Below, one piece after another: positions 1-10,931 of a stretch of 35,737 nt of DNA. The translations under genes were made by a program, and so were the position numbers. Every line of letters begins with the position of its first letter. Position 1 is the first letter of the stretch. The stretch covers positions 41,857-77,593 of the forward strand of contig RQSC01000020.1 of NCBI GenBank assembly GCA_013416795.1, in the 5' to 3' direction. Origin of the DNA: Prasinococcaceae sp. CCMP 1430 (taxonomy: Eukaryota > Plantae > Prasinodermophyta). The notes beneath the pieces were generated by a model. It worked only from the letters and a program-made list of their open reading frames with translations, was not told where the DNA came from and did not search any database.

Positions 1-85
1 GCCGCGGGCCCGCCCCTTCCTGCCGCGCTCGAACGAGCGGCCGCGGCGCGCGGCCGCGCGGATCCGTCTGCCCAGGGCGCGCTGA

Positions 86-1129
<1,044 letters not shown>

Positions 1130-1433
1130 GCAGTGGCAGCGCGCCCGCGCACCGTGTGCGCACGCGGCGCGCATTTGCGCCGCGCGCAGCACATGCGGCG
1201 ACGGCGGGCGGCGGCAGGGGGGAGAGATCACGCGCGACGATGCGCGGGAGGAGGCGCAAGCACGGCGCCGCTCGCGGGCCAGCCTGACGGGGCACGGATT
1301 GAGCGGGCTGAGCAGGCGGCGGGCGCACTTTTTAACTAAACTTGGAAACAATGTCAACTGGCACCTCCTGTCCCCCAACCCTTGAGCGTGCGACTCGACG
1401 AATAGCGGTGGCATTTACGGCGGTTGACGGCGG

Positions 1434-4400
1434 CTACGTGAGGACGTCCAGGACGTCCTCCGCGCTCAAGCCCGACAACTCGGCGAGTTCGGCGGCCGCG
1501 GCGGCGCTGGCCGCGTCCACCTCGCGCTCGCGCTGGGAGGTCGCGGAGGCGCCACTCGCGTCGCCGTGGCCCGCCGACTCGGGAGCGGGCGCAGGCTGCG
1601 GGGGCGCCGCCTGGGCGGCGGACGGCACCGCCCCCGCAGCCTTCGCAGCACGCCGCGAGATCCGCGCGCGCTCTGCCGCAGCGGAGGCGGCGGCCGCCGC
1701 CGCTGCCGCCGCCTCGGCCTCCGCTGCCTTGTTCTTGAGCTCCTTGCGCAGCGTGGCCACCTGCATGGACTTGGCCGCGAGCTGCGCCTTGAGCGCCTTC
1801 ACAGACGCGCGCGCTTTCTCCTCGCCCTCGATGCCATCCACGGCCGCGCCTATCTCACGCTCGGCGGTAGCGAGGCGCAACGCTTCCTCCGCGGTGCGCG
1901 CGCGCACCTGCGCGGTGTCGGCGGCCTCGCGCGCGGTGCGCAGCGCCACGCGCATCGAGGCAGCCTCCGCCTTTGCCGCCGAGAGGCGGGCCGCCGCCTC
2001 GGTGGAGTCGGCGCGCGCTCGTTCGTTTTCAGCCACCTCGAGGCGCTCCTTGAGTACGCCCACTTGGTTGCGCACGCGCGCGAGCTCGAGCTTGGTGCGC
2101 TTGAGCTCAGACTGCGTGGCAGCGGCGCGTTCGCCCTGCACGAGCGCCGCGCTGGCGGCGGCGTTCGCCGAGGCGGCGACCGCGGCCTCTGTCTGAGACG
2201 CCTCGCTGCTGCGCGCGCGCAGCAAGCGAATGTAGCGGTCACGCGAGTGGCGAGCCTCCGCGAGCTGCTTGCGCAGGTGCTCCACATCCGACTCCGCGCC
2301 ATCGACGTGTGCTCCATCGGACAATGCGTGCGTTGCCGGCTTGCCCGCCCTTGCGACGCGCACGCCGTAGCCGCGGCTTTTGTGCGGGGCATCCTGGCGC
2401 TGCTGATTGCGAGGTAGCGCCCTGAGGGCCGTTCGCGCTTCGCGCGCTTCCCTCTGCGCCTCCTTGAGGGCTCTCGTCGCCTTCTTCTCTTTGCTGGTGG
2501 CAGCCTTGGCGGCGCTAGTGAGCTCCTTGTTCCTCTCGCGCTCCTCCTCGAGCATGAGCTGCGCGCGCTCGCGCTCGGCGTCAAGGAGCGACTCCGCAGC
2601 GGCGGCCGCAACACTTGCGGCCTCCGCGCGCGAATCGGACGCCGCCGCGGCGGCGGCTGCCGCCGCAGTCGCGGCCTCGAGCGTCGCGCCGCCCTTTTCC
2701 CGCTCAGCACGGGCGCGAGACTCGGCGGCCTCGGCGGCGGCGGCGGCCGCACCCGCAGCAGCGCGGTACTCTGCTGCCTCCTCGTTCGAGGCGGCGAGCT
2801 CCGCAGCAAGCTCACGTATGCGTGCCCCCGCCTTAACCTCGGCGTCCGCCGCGGTGAGCGCTGCGCGCTTCGCGGTGGCCTCGGCCTCTACGGCGGCGCT
2901 CGCAGCACGTCGTGCGGTCTCGTCGGCGTCGCGACGCGCAAGCTCCGACTCTGCCAATGATGCGCGCAGCTCGGCGGCGGTCTGCTCACCACGCAGCGCA
3001 GACGCGGTCGCATCCGCCGCCGCTTTCTCGACCTCAGCGAGCGCGCCGTGTGCCTCCTCCAGCGCGGTCCGCAGCTCCGCCGCCGCCGCTTCGGCGGCCA
3101 CTGCGCGCTCCTCTATGGTGCCTCTCTCCGCGAGTGACACCATCAGCTCGGCCACGGTAGCCTCTGCTGCATCCGCGCGCGCCTCGGCGGCGGTAAGCAT
3201 CTCCGTGAGCCGCGCGAACTCAGCGGCCGCCTGCGTGCGCGCCTCGCTCAGCTTTGTCGCGTACGCTTCCAGAGCGCGCCCCGAGTCTGACTCGAGCGTG
3301 GCCAGGCGTGCTTCCAATTTGTCGCCAACGTCCACTATGCCTTCCATGTCCTGCACGGCGGCGGCGGTGCGCGACTCGATGGCGCCAGCGGCACTCGCAG
3401 CGGACGCAAGCTGTCCTTCGGATTTCTCGACGCGCGCCAAGAGGGCGCGCTGCTGTTCCTCCGCTCCACTGCACGCCCGCGCGAGCACCTGCAGCACGCG
3501 CGCGAGCGCCTCGGCCTGCGCCGCGGCATCACTGCCGCCGCTGACTGCCGCGAGTGTGGTGAGCGCGCTCGACACATCGTCTGCGATCGGAGCCGATGAG
3601 CCTTTCCGAACTGCGGGCCGCCTCACAGCATCCGCCAAACCCTTTTCTAGGATCTCAAGACGCACAGCCGCGTCCTGCGGACCTGCAAGTTGCATCGCTT
3701 GCGCCCGCAGCTCCTCTGGAATCGTCGGGGCGCGGTCAAGACCTCCCATGAATTGGATGGACGATTGCGAAGGAGTGTCCGCCTCGCTCGCTTCACCGCT
3801 CTCGCGATACGCCGCCGGCGTAGCGGCCTCTTCGACGCTATATGCCAGCGGCGCATCGGGCGTGGTCGGCGTCTGGTCCGCACCACTATCGGCGCCTGCC
3901 TCCGGCGAGGTGCTAGCGGACCGACGAAGCACGCCGCGCTTCGGTGAGGGCGTGCCCTCCGCAAAGGTGACCGAGCGTGCTCGCGATGTACCGCGCGATG
4001 TGGGCGCGGGCGGCGTCGAACGGCTGCGCGGCGTCGGCGACGACGAATCACTCGCACGGCGTGGCACGCCTCGCTTCGCAGCAGGTGTGTTCGTGGCCGC
4101 ATCCGCTCCTGCCGCATTCGCCGACCGCTTGGCTTCGCGCCAGCGCTCGTGCGCACCGGAGCGCGAGGGTGGCGGCGTATTCGTGCTTGCGTCGCTCACA
4201 CCACGGCGAAGCACGCCGCGCTTCGGAACCGGCGTGTTCGTCGCCGACTCGACGGTCGAAGGCGGCGCCCTTGCCGGCGAGCGCTTGGCAACGGTGCTCA
4301 TCGCTTTGCCCGTGGCCTTGGCGGCGCTAGGTGGTTTGGCGGCCAGTGCACGCGTGTACGGCGTCGCCAGGCGTGAGATTGGCCGCGGCACAAGCGCTGG

Positions 4401-7400
4401 AGAGGTGTTTCCGGCCTTCAATACACGTGGCGACGCCATTGTCGGCGCCTTCAGTCTCGACGCCTTGGCTGCTCGCCTTGCCGAGGAAGGAGTCGCAGCT
4501 TCCGCCAGCGCGTCGGCGGCGGCGGCGGACGCGAGCGCAAGTTGGGCGAGGGCATCCTCGTCGCCGTCGGCGGCGGCCAGGTCGGCAATCGCCTCTGATG
4601 CGGCCAGACCCTCGCTGCGTCGGGCCGTCTCTGGCGCCGACCCCTGCGCCGGCGTGCCGGTCGCATTGTCGGCCATCGTCACGCTCCGAGCGAGCGCGCG
4701 CAGCTGCTTGCTCAGGCTGACGACCTGGCGCTCTAGCTCGACCACGCGCCCGTCCTTTGTCTCCTTGTTGAGCTCGGATCCCTCCGAGGGGGTCGCCTTC
4801 GCCTTTAGGCCACCCTTGAGCGACTTCTTCTTCTTCGTGGCAGACGCCGGCGTGGTTGGGTTCTCTTGCGCAACGGCCGAACTCGAGGGCACTCCTGGCC
4901 CATCCGCAGTCCGTCGTGGTGTCTCGGCCCCACGCGCCGCCGATTCGCGCGCCATCGCGTCAATTGCACCGCCAAGCTCGGCAACGACAATCCCCGCCGA
5001 CGCCATCTCCGCCTGCACAACAGCTGCGCCTGCCTCTGGCAGCGTTGCTTGCTCCGCAGCGCTCGTGAGGTGCGCCTTGAGCAGGCCCAGCAGGCCGTTG
5101 ACGTTCTCACGCGCCTCTGAGAGCGGCAACGCCTGCCTCGGGGAGAACAGCAAGCCCTCGTCGAAAGCGGCCGCAGCTCCATCCTCTCCAGTCGCTGGGA
5201 AGTCAACCATCGCGGCAGGGGCGCGCGCGAGGCTCGCACGCAGCAGCTGCAGTCGCCTACGGAGGGCCGAGCAAACACCTTCAACGTGGGCACGCTCGCG
5301 CCGCATATTCGCCATGTGCCGAGTGACGGAACGCGCCCAGTCAGCGGCAGGCGTATCCACGCGGGCGGCATCAGCCACCACGGGCGATGGCTCCATAGGC
5401 GCCGATTCGCTGCTGGCAGCCTCTTTCGCGCTGGGCTCATCACCAACTGCCTCGAGCGATGCGGTGACGCCCAGATGCTGAAGTTGAGCCTCGTAGCGCT
5501 TGGCCTGCCTTGCGACCGCGGCGGCCACCGCAGTGCGCTGCGCAACTGCTGCGGCGGCGAGGGCCGCTCCTAAGTCAGCGGCGCGAGTAGGCGTCTCGAC
5601 GGACGCCAGGCGCGCCTCCGTCCTGAGAAGAGCGTCACGAAGCTCGGCCGCCTCCTGCAACGCGGCATCGAGACGTAGCAGTAGCTCCTTCCCCCCCGAG
5701 GCGCCATCAGCGCGCAGCTTGCTCTGGGCCTCCTCCGCCTCTCGTTTGTACATGTCCGCACGCTCCTCGGCCTCCGCCAGTGCCGACTGCATGAGTGCGG
5801 AGCGTTGGCGAGCGGCATCAGCGGCGGCGGCGGCTGCCGTCAACGGCTCGGCGAGCGCTGCCGCCGCAGCGATGCGCTCTGCGTTGCTGGCGTCGCTCGC
5901 GCCCGGGTACGACATTGCAGCAACCTCGTTGCTCGCGCGCAATGTCGCCACCCGCTCGAGCTTCTCCGCACTCGCCCGCGTGAGGTCGTCCAGCTGCCGC
6001 TGAAGGTCTGCGGTGCGCATGTCGGCAGCCTTCTTTGCGGCAGACACGTCGATGAGCTGCGCGTTGGCTGCATTGAGGCTCTCAGAGAGAGCGCTCACGC
6101 GCTGACGCCACACGCCCACGCGCTCCTCCGCCGCGGCGTCGCCCGCGTCACGAGCCTCGCGCTGCGCGGTCACCACTGCCGCCAGGCGCCCCTCCGCCAC
6201 CTCTCGCGCACCCGTGGCGGCCTCCAAGGCGGCCTCGAGCGCACTGACGTGCGATTGCAACGTCTCGATGCCGGGCATCGTTGGTGTTGCACCAGCTTGA
6301 GACACCGACGCAAGCGCCTCGGCTGCGCCCTCCTTGCGCGCGAGAGAGACCGCCTCCTCGGTGTGCCTGCGCTGATCGTCGAGCATGCTCTGCAGCGCGT
6401 TGGTCTCGGCGCGTGCCCCTTGCAATTCCTCGCTGAGCGAGCGCAACCGCACCTGCAGAGACTCGCCTTCGGCAGCTGCCTGCTCCGCCTGCACGCGCAG
6501 GGCCGCCATCTCACGCCGCTCGAGCTTAAGAGCATCTTCAGCGGCCGCCGCGCGCGCTTCGAGCGCCCGTGCGCTCTCCTCAGCCTTGCTCGCACGCGCG
6601 AGCGCAGCGCGCTCGGCCTCTGCTAACCGGTCGATTTCTGCTTGTGCCTGGGCCTGACGCTGCATCATCGATGCGGTCGACGCGTGCGCCGCCATCGCTT
6701 GCGCGCCGACCGACGCCGCACGCTCGCCCTGCTCAACTTCGGATGTCGGCTGCATCGCCTCGACGGTCGCCATGAGCGCCTGCACCTGCATGCCGCGCTC
6801 GGCTGCGAGCGCTGCCGCCTGTTCGGTGCGTGCGAGCGCCTCGGCCTCGCGGCGCTGCGCCTCGCGCGCTGAGTCCCGCACGCGCGCCAGCTCAGCGCTT
6901 AGCGTTGCGCGCTCGTCAACGAGGCGCGCTTCCCAGTTTGCCTCGAGGGCGGCGATGGCCGCCGCATCGATGTCCTTCACGGCCGCGGGTGCTGCACCCG
7001 CGGGCGGGCATGGCTTCGGCGCTCGCCGTGGAGAGCGGGGCGCGGCATCGTCCGCCGGCTCGCGCGAGCTTTCGCGAGCGCGTGCGGCGGCGGCGCGCGC
7101 CTGCTCGAGCGCGTCGCCCATTGCAGCGGCCGTTGCCTCCCACTCGACACGTGCATCGGCAAGCGCCTCCTCGGCCTCCTCCGCTCGACGCTCAGCCGCG
7201 CTCGCTCGCGCCATCGCGGCCTGTTCGGCCGCCGCGAGGTCAGCCGCGCGCGCGCTCAGAGCGCGCGCGGCGGCCTCCGAGTCGAGCTGCTCAGCGTCGC
7301 GCGAGCGCGCCTCGCGCAATGTCGCCTCGCTGCGCCGCGCAGCCTCCTCGCCTTGCTGCGCGGCGAGGCGCATCGCAGCGGCTTCTCCCTCCGAGTAGTG

Positions 7401-8156
7401 CAGGCGCTCGCGCAGGGAGGCAATCTCGTCGCCCGCGCGCGCTTCGGAGGCCTGCAGGCGCTCGTCGAGCGCAGTGATCTCGGCGTCCTTTGCACGCAGC
7501 GCACGCAGGGCGGCGGCCGCGCGCGTGTCACCGGCAGCGCGCTCGCGGGCCGCCGCGGCCGCCGCGGCGGCGGCGGCGTCGGGGGACGCACCCGACAACG
7601 CGGCCACGAGCGACTCAAGCGCCTCCACCTCGCTCGCTCGCGCGTTCTCCTCCGCCTTGAGCAGCTCGTCGACCTCTTCGGAGCCCGGGTCGCCGCCGGC
7701 GGCAGGTGCTTTCTGGTGCGCAAATTGCTCAGCCACGGGCCGCTCGGCCGCCGGAATCCGATGCGCTGCCACCTCGGCCGCCTCGACGGTGAACGTCGCG
7801 TGGCACACGGCCACCTCTCTCCACTGGGCGCCCTCGCCTCCGTCCGAGACGCTGATGTAGAAGGCGTCGCGGTGCTCCACGCCCGGCAGCTCGCCCTCTT
7901 CGAGCTCGGGCCTCACAAACAGGCGCAGCACACCCGCGGCGCCAGCCTCTAGACGCAGCGCACGCGGCGCGCAGCGCCAGCGGTCGGGTGCCGAGGGCAT
8001 GGCGGTCACGACCGCCGCCCCCGCGCCGCCGTTGCGCACGACGACCTCGGTGGACGTCCACTCCCCCACGCGCGCGCCGCCCACCCTCGCGACGGCGGGC
8101 TCGACCGCGATCGCGCCGCTCGCCTCCCCGCGCATCTCTCTTCGCCCCTCCGCCAT
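1434..8156 (-). CDS. Large intronless Ala/Glu/Arg-rich coiled-coil protein (~2240 aa) with a probable N-terminal beta-rich (Ig/MSP-like) domain and a central Ser/Thr/Pro-rich disordered region
   Basis: Uninterrupted 6.7-kb frame with long helical EA/RA-rich tracts. Likely ATG at 8156 (MAEGRREMR); the preceding 56 codons cross C-rich, promoter-like DNA. The N-terminal segment TEVVVRN...RCAPRALRLEAG...LRLFVRP...FYISV suggests a beta sandwich (inference). Confidence 0.75.
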   Translation of the reverse strand: MAEGRREMRGEASGAIAVEPAVARVGGARVGEWTSTEVVVRNGGAGAAVVTAMPSAPDRWRCAPRALRLEAGAAGVLRLFVRPELEEGELPGVEHRDAFYISVSDGGEGAQWREVAVCHATFTVEAAEVAAHRIPAAERPVAEQFAHQKAPAAGGDPGSEEVDELLKAEENARASEVEALESLVAALSGASPDAAAAAAAAAARERAAGDTRAAAALRALRAKDAEITALDERLQASEARAGDEIASLRERLHYSEGEAAAMRLAAQQGEEAARRSEATLREARSRDAEQLDSEAAARALSARAADLAAAEQAAMARASAAERRAEEAEEALADARVEWEATAAAMGDALEQARAAAARARESSREPADDAAPRSPRRAPKPCPPAGAAPAAVKDIDAAAIAALEANWEARLVDERATLSAELARVRDSAREAQRREAEALARTEQAAALAAERGMQVQALMATVEAMQPTSEVEQGERAASVGAQAMAAHASTASMMQRQAQAQAEIDRLAEAERAALARASKAEESARALEARAAAAEDALKLERREMAALRVQAEQAAAEGESLQVRLRSLSEELQGARAETNALQSMLDDQRRHTEEAVSLARKEGAAEALASVSQAGATPTMPGIETLQSHVSALEAALEAATGAREVAEGRLAAVVTAQREARDAGDAAAEERVGVWRQRVSALSESLNAANAQLIDVSAAKKAADMRTADLQRQLDDLTRASAEKLERVATLRASNEVAAMSYPGASDASNAERIAAAAALAEPLTAAAAAADAARQRSALMQSALAEAEERADMYKREAEEAQSKLRADGASGGKELLLRLDAALQEAAELRDALLRTEARLASVETPTRAADLGAALAAAAVAQRTAVAAAVARQAKRYEAQLQHLGVTASLEAVGDEPSAKEAASSESAPMEPSPVVADAARVDTPAADWARSVTRHMANMRRERAHVEGVCSALRRRLQLLRASLARAPAAMVDFPATGEDGAAAAFDEGLLFSPRQALPLSEARENVNGLLGLLKAHLTSAAEQATLPEAGAAVVQAEMASAGIVVAELGGAIDAMARESAARGAETPRRTADGPGVPSSSAVAQENPTTPASATKKKKSLKGGLKAKATPSEGSELNKETKDGRVVELERQVVSLSKQLRALARSVTMADNATGTPAQGSAPETARRSEGLAASEAIADLAAADGDEDALAQLALASAAAADALAEAATPSSARRAAKASRLKAPTMASPRVLKAGNTSPALVPRPISRLATPYTRALAAKPPSAAKATGKAMSTVAKRSPARAPPSTVESATNTPVPKRGVLRRGVSDASTNTPPPSRSGAHERWREAKRSANAAGADAATNTPAAKRGVPRRASDSSSPTPRSRSTPPAPTSRGTSRARSVTFAEGTPSPKRGVLRRSASTSPEAGADSGADQTPTTPDAPLAYSVEEAATPAAYRESGEASEADTPSQSSIQFMGGLDRAPTIPEELRAQAMQLAGPQDAAVRLEILEKGLADAVRRPAVRKGSSAPIADDVSSALTTLAAVSGGSDAAAQAEALARVLQVLARACSGAEEQQRALLARVEKSEGQLASAASAAGAIESRTAAAVQDMEGIVDVGDKLEARLATLESDSGRALEAYATKLSEARTQAAAEFARLTEMLTAAEARADAAEATVAELMVSLAERGTIEERAVAAEAAAAELRTALEEAHGALAEVEKAAADATASALRGEQTAAELRASLAESELARRDADETARRAASAAVEAEATAKRAALTAADAEVKAGARIRELAAELAASNEEAAEYRAAAGAAAAAAEAAESRARAEREKGGATLEAATAAAAAAAAASDSRAEAASVAAAAAESLLDAERERAQLMLEEERERNKELTSAAKAATSKEKKATRALKEAQREAREARTALRALPRNQQRQDAPHKSRGYGVRVARAGKPATHALSDGAHVDGAESDVEHLRKQLAEARHSRDRYIRLLRARSSEASQTEAAVAASANAAASAALVQGERAAATQSELKRTKLELARVRNQVGVLKERLEVAENERARADSTEAAARLSAAKAEAASMRVALRTAREAADTAQVRARTAEEALRLATAEREIGAAVDGIEGEEKARASVKALKAQLAAKSMQVATLRKELKNKAAEAEAAAAAAAAASAAAERARISRRAAKAAGAVPSAAQAAPPQPAPAPESAGHGDASGASATSQREREVDAASAAAAAELAELSGLSAEDVLDVLT

Positions 8157-8508
8157 CGCGCCCGCCGAGCGGCAAGGCGGGGCGGGTGAAGGGGGGGGGG
8201 GGAGAGGGAGGAGACCCGCCCCCTTGCGCCGCGCGCCGCGCGCGCGCTCTGGCGCGGGCGCGCGGTGCGCGAAATTCAAAAAGAAACATTTCCTCCGTAT
8301 CAAAATGCACGCGGCCCCGTCCATCCCATCCCATCCACGCGAGGACGCACTGCGTCCCCCTTAACCTTTCGCGTCGAGTCGTCCGGCACGGCAGCACCGA
8401 TACGGACCGCCGGCGCTCGCGTTCGTTTTGACCTGTGACACAGACCCTATTTGGCACCAAGCCCGGTCCGAGTCTATGATCATGGTAAAATATCATCAGA
8501 TGGCAGAT

Positions 8509-8546
8509 GGTTAGGGTAAGGATCTGTAACCTTAACCCTTAACCCT
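8509..8546. promoter_or_regulatory. Cluster of telomere-like words in a divergent promoter
   Basis: GGTTAGGGTAAGG followed by TAACCTTAACCCTTAACCCT, in the AT-richer gap between the coiled-coil gene (-) and the ABC gene (+). Confidence 0.5.
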
Positions 8547-8789
8547 CGCGCTCGAGGGCCGCTGCGGCGCCGCTGGCTGGAGGCTCCCGCGGCGCGTGGG
8601 CGGGGAGCGGGGACGGGGGGCTCGCGCCGCCAGTGGGCGCGCCCGCGCCGCCGGCGGCGGCGGAGTCGGAGCGCGCACTCGATCGCCTCGTGACTCAGGC
8701 CTCAACGGCGCGCGCGCGCGCGAGCGCGCGAGTACGCGGCGTTCGCCGACCGGTTGTGCGTGAGCGTCGGCCGCGGCGAGGGCCGCCGC

Positions 8790-9652
8790 ATGGTGCTCCG
8801 CGACGCATCGCTGAGCGTGCCGGCGGGCGAGTTGCACATGCTCATCGGTGCCAACGGCGCTGGCAAAAGCACGCTACTCCGCGCGCTGGCTGGGCTGCTG
8901 CGTGCGGATGGGCCGGCGGGCTCGCTCCACGTTGCAGGGCCGCGCTCGGTGGTGATGCAAAACCCGGACCACCAGGTCGTGCTGCCATCGGTGCGCGCCG
9001 ACGTTGCGTTTGGCCTGGGATCGCCAGCGCGCACAGTGAGTACGGAACGACGGCCAACCCAGGACAGCTCCGCGGCGAGCGAGGAGGCGTCTGGCACGCT
9101 GCTGCCGCGCGACGTGCGCCTTCGCGTGGATGCCGCGTTGAGTGCTGTGGGCATGGTTGGCCTCGCCGAGCGGCCTGTCGCATCGCTCAGCGGGGGCCAG
9201 AAGCAGCGCGTTGCGATCGCGGGCGCGCTTGCCGAGCGCTCGGCGCTGCTCCTCCTGGACGAACTGACGACGTTCCTCGACGCCGAGGATCAATGGACGG
9301 TGCGTTGGCGCGTGGGCGCGCGCTCGTGCTGGTGCCTCCAGCGCCGCTGCGCCGAGCTGGAGGGTTTCTGCTGACCGACTTCCGCACGTGCACGACCGCA
9401 CGCACGCGCTTGCGCCCCGCGCGATAGGTCCTGCGCGCCGTGCGAGGCCTGGTGGGTCTCCCCTCCGGCGGCGACGTGCCCATAAGCGCCATCTGGGTCA
9501 CGCATCGCCTCGACGAGGTCGCTGAAGCGGACGGCCTCATCTGCGTGACGGCGCGTGGCAAGCTTGAGCAGCGATCGCTCGCGGGTGTGCCCCGGGAGGA
9601 CAGGCGAAACGTGGCGTGGGAAATGCTGCAGGCCGCCGAGGAGAGGGGCTGA
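8790..9652 (+). CDS. ABCI10: ABC transporter ATP-binding subunit, ECF-A/ABCI10-like; exons ~8790-9299 and 9428-9652; true start uncertain
   Basis: Walker A GANGAGKST, Q-loop QNPDHQVV, signature LSGGQKQRVAIAGALA, Walker B LLLLDE, H-loop WVTHRLDE in exon 2. Intron GTGCGT(9300)...CTGAC...GATAG(9427), phase 0. The symbol is a best family guess. Confidence 0.8.
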
Positions 9653-10057
9653 GGGCGCACCGCCTGTGTAAATTGCATGTATCGAACACCCGTCGCGAGC
9701 ACATCGCCGGCGTGCAAGCGGTGGATCCTCCGACGGGAGCGCCACGGCGCGGCGTTCGCCCCTTCCATAAAGTCGAGCCGCCTGGCCTCGGAGCGCGCTC
9801 GCATGGCGGGGCTGCGACGCGGGAGCTCGTGGTCCTCGTCGAGTTTACAGTCGAGGACGTGCAGTGCCGCGCTGCAGGGGGCCGGGAGCAAGGCTCGATC
9901 GCACAATGAACCGAAACTTTTTTACCTTTTTTTTTTCGTCGCAACTTTGGACTTGATCACCAAAAACGATTTCGGTCGTGCAAGTGTGCATATGCCGATG
10001 GCGAGCAGCCTGCGCGGCGAAGCTGGCGGCGAGTGCGGTGGCAGGGGCGCCCGCACT

Positions 10058-10456
10058 CTACTTGAGGGCCTTGGACAGCGCGTACGCGCCGACGCCGAGC
10101 TGGCCGGCCACGTTGAGCCACTTCATCTCAGGCTTGACACCCTCGGCGAAGAACGAGTGGGTCGCGAACATCGCACCGGTGGCAATTCCGGTCGCGCCCA
10201 GCGTCATGTTGAGCGCCTTCTTGTCGGCGTCGCTCGCGCTCTTGTCGGCAGCGAGCAGCGCGGCCGAGGTGACGATGCCGGTGAGGCCCATGGTGCGCCA
10301 AGCGGCATCCGCCTCCTTGTTGGTCCCGTTCGCCCTCTCGACGTCGGCCCACTCCTTCTTGTGGTAGATCTTCATCGTCACGTCACGCGGCAGCGCGGTG
10401 CACGCGGCGAAGTTGCCGGCGTTGAGGGCGACGTACGCGGCCGCGGGGGAGACCAT
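10058..10456 (-). CDS. Small hydrophobic, probably membrane, protein of unknown function (~132 aa, MVSPAAAYVALNAG...)
   Basis: Very strong GC3 bias and several hydrophobic Ala/Gly-rich segments. The ATG directly follows an acceptor (CTGAC...GGGCAG|ATG), suggesting a 5'-UTR intron (candidate donor AAG|GTCCGA near 10662). Confidence 0.7.
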   Translation of the reverse strand: MVSPAAAYVALNAGNFAACTALPRDVTMKIYHKKEWADVERANGTNKEADAAWRTMGLTGIVTSAALLAADKSASDADKKALNMTLGATGIATGAMFATHSFFAEGVKPEMKWLNVAGQLGVGAYALSKALK

Positions 10457-10866
10457 CTGCCCGATCATGTGCGCCGCCATCGGATGTCAGCGCCGACGCG
10501 CGCCATTCGCGCTGTGAGTTCGCGGCTCGCGCGCAAACGGGGCGCCTGCGTGGGCACACTGGGCGAGCGCGCATCGGACGCGCGCAGCACCCGGCGGGCG
10601 CGCTCGGCGCGGGCCCCTGGCGAGCGCACGGCGGCTGCCAACGACCGCGCCGCGCCGTCGGACCTTGAACGAGGTAGGGACGACGGCGTGTGCGCCTGTG
10701 AGAGCTGGCTGGTGATCGGTGGATTGCTGCGCGAGGTGTGCGGAGTGGCGCGCGTGCGCGCGCGCGCGCGCCAACCGTCGGGCGTAATATCGCCCGGCGC
10801 CTCTGGCCCACTCCAAGCGCGTACGCTCGACACACGCGCCCTTGCCGGCCCCGCGCCCCCGAGCAG

Positions 10867-10931
10867 CGCCCCGCCCGCGACGATCGCGCACGCGGCGATC
10901 GCGCCCATCGCCCCGCCCGCGACGATCGCGC
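10867..10931. repeat. 23-bp direct repeat CGCCCCGCCCGCGACGATCGCGC, two copies, 42-bp period
   Basis: Identical copies at 10867-10889 and 10909-10931, with a partial CGATCGCGC between them. Confidence 0.85.

Noticed and set aside
2407-5481. Long antisense ORFs (1024 aa here; also 15554-16657, 16011-18452, 26127-27671, 33089-34405 and many Arg/Ala/Pro-rich ORFs)
   Set aside because: Shadow frames of GC3-rich genes; low-complexity translations with no motifs. Several also run through N gaps.
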